This document shows, in pieces, positions 62,477 through 64,000 of a stretch of DNA of 64,000 nt. How positions within the stretch are numbered: the stretch's first letter is position 1; each line of letters opens with the position of its first letter. Under the pieces are notes generated by a model. The model was given only the letters and a program-made list of their open reading frames with translations, made no database searches and was not told the DNA's origin. The translations under genes and the position numbers were made by a program. Source of the DNA: Octopus vulgaris (taxonomy: Eukaryota); contig OX597833.1 in the NCBI GenBank assembly GCA_951406725.2, forward strand, positions 40,238,001 to 40,302,000, given 5' to 3'.

Positions 62477-64000
62477 TCATCATCATCATCATCATCGTTT
62501 AACGTCCGTTCTCCATGCTAGCATGGGTTGGACGGTTCGACCGGGGATCTGGAAAGCCAGAAGGCTGCACCAGGCTCCAGTCTTATCTGGCAGTGTTTCT
62601 ACAGCTTGATGCCCTTCCTAACGCCAACCACTCCGTGAGTGTAGTGGGTGCTTTTTACGTGCCACCTGCACAGGTGCCAGGCGAGGCTGGCAACGGCCAC
62701 GGTCGGATTGGTGTATTTTATGTGCCACCTGCATGGAAGCCAAACGAGGGGGTGCTGGCATCGGCCACGAGTCGGATAGTGCTTTTTACGTACCACCAGA
62801 CCAGGGATCCTGGCTGGTTCAATTCGATTTCGATTGCCCCAACATGTCTTCGCAAGCAAGGGGGTTGGCATGGGTGCCTGTCGTACGGTCAGATGGGTGT
62901 ATTTTACGTGCCACCGGCACGGAAGCCAGTGGAGGCGGCGCTGGCATCGGCCTCGAGTCGGATAGTGCTTTTTACGTACCACCAGACCAGGGATCCTGGC
63001 TGGTTCAATTCGATTTCGATTTCGTTTTCGCTTGCCCCAACATGTCTTCGCAAGCAAGGGGGTTGGCATGGGTGCCTGTCGTACGGTCAGATTGGTGTAT
63101 TTTACGTGCCACCGGCACGGAAGCCAGTGGAGGCATCGGCCACGAGTCGGATAGTGCTTTTTACGTACCACCAGACCAGGGATCCTGGCTGGTTCAATTC
63201 GATTTCGCTTGCCCCAACATGTCTTCGCAAGCAAAGGGGGTTGGCATGGGTGCCTGTCGTCGGATGAGGTTCTATATCGACTTCGCTTGCCTCAACAGGT
63301 CTTTGTGTCCAAGGGAGGAAAGGCATTCATAAGTGGGCTGGGCTCACTTGTCCTGCCTGGTCTTCTCACGTACAGAATATTTCCAAAGGTCTCGGTCGCT
63401 GGTCATTTCCTCAGTGAGGCCTAAAGTTCGAAGGTCGTGCTTCACTACCTCGTCCCAGGTTTTCCTGGGTCTACCTCTTCCATGGGTTCCCTCAACTGCT
63501 AAGGATTGGCACTTTCTCACACACCTATCTTCATCCATTCTCGCCCCATGACCATACCAGCGCAATCGTCTCTCTTGCACACCACAACTGATGCCTCTTA
63601 GGTACAACATTTCTCTCAAGGTGCTAACGCTCTGTCGAGTATGTACACTGACATTACACATCCATCGGAGCATACTGGCTTCATTCCTCACGAGCTTACG
63701 CATGTCCTCGGCAGTCACGGCCCATGTTTCACTGCCATGTAGCATGGCTGTTCGTACACACGCATCATACAGTCTGCCTTTTACTCTGAGCGAGAGGCCT
63801 TTAGTCACCAGCAGAGGTAAGAGCTCCCTAAACTTTGCCCAGGCTATTCTTATTCTAGCAGTTACACTTTCAGCGCACCCACCCTCACTACTGACTTGGT
63901 CACCTAGATAACGGAAGCTATCAACTACTTCTAGTTTTTCCCCCTGGAAAGTGACGGAAGTTATTTTCTGCAGATTTTCGGAGGTTAATGCTCCAGAGCA
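62477..64000 (-). mobile_element. Young RTE LINE, 3' part (continues beyond the window)
   Basis: (GAT)n tail, expanded 3' UTR, CpGs retained; same family as 29978-33475. Confidence 0.95.
63344..64000 (-). CDS. RTE ORF C-terminal region, open to the window edge
   Basis: No stop from 64000 (CSGALTSENLQK...LEVVDSFRYLGD...RIRIAWAKFRELLPLL) through LHGSETW, RRLRWYGH and GRGRPRKTWDEV to the stop at 63344. Confidence 0.85.
   Translation of the reverse strand, partial: CSGALTSENLQKITSVTFQGEKLEVVDSFRYLGDQVSSEGGCAESVTARIRIAWAKFRELLPLLVTKGLSLRVKGRLYDACVRTAMLHGSETWAVTAEDMRKLVRNEASMLRWMCNVSVHTRQSVSTLREMLYLRGISCGVQERRLRWYGHGARMDEDRCVRKCQSLAVEGTHGRGRPRKTWDEVVKHDLRTLGLTEEMTSDRDLWKYSVREKTRQDK

Noticed and set aside
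62515-63332. Overlapping 199-250-aa ORFs on both strands
   Set aside because: Products of GC-rich tandem UTR repeats; not conserved as ORFs in other copies.

Overview
AT-rich, repeat-saturated animal genomic DNA. It is most likely an octopus, inferred from my recognition of the SINE families and the (GAT)n-tailed RTE LINE. I found no host protein-coding gene I can support. Most of the ORF track is microsatellite or SINE artefact. The real coding remnants are all transposon-derived: a near-full-length decayed RTE LINE (29978-33475, -), a young RTE with an open frame running off the window end (62477-64000, -), further RTE, CR1 and Penelope fragments, two mariner remnants, and a probable Chapaev3 transposase remnant (25817-27175). 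There are dozens of tRNA-derived SINEs and several MITEs (piggyBac-, mariner-, pogo-, hAT- and Merlin-like), often nested. The most interesting unexplained structures are: (1) tandem RTE 3' UTR units that each fold on paper as a compact H-type pseudoknot plus hairpin; (2) one near-canonical and two non-canonical hammerhead-like motifs; (3) a 227-bp, ~97% identical inverted duplication; (4) a ~30-bp palindromic-core array with an inverted counterpart; (5) two different piggyBac MITEs at the same TTAA of one SINE family; (6) a CpG-retaining central domain with candidate first exons. All coordinates were read by eye, and the ends of decayed elements are approximate. No database search was run.
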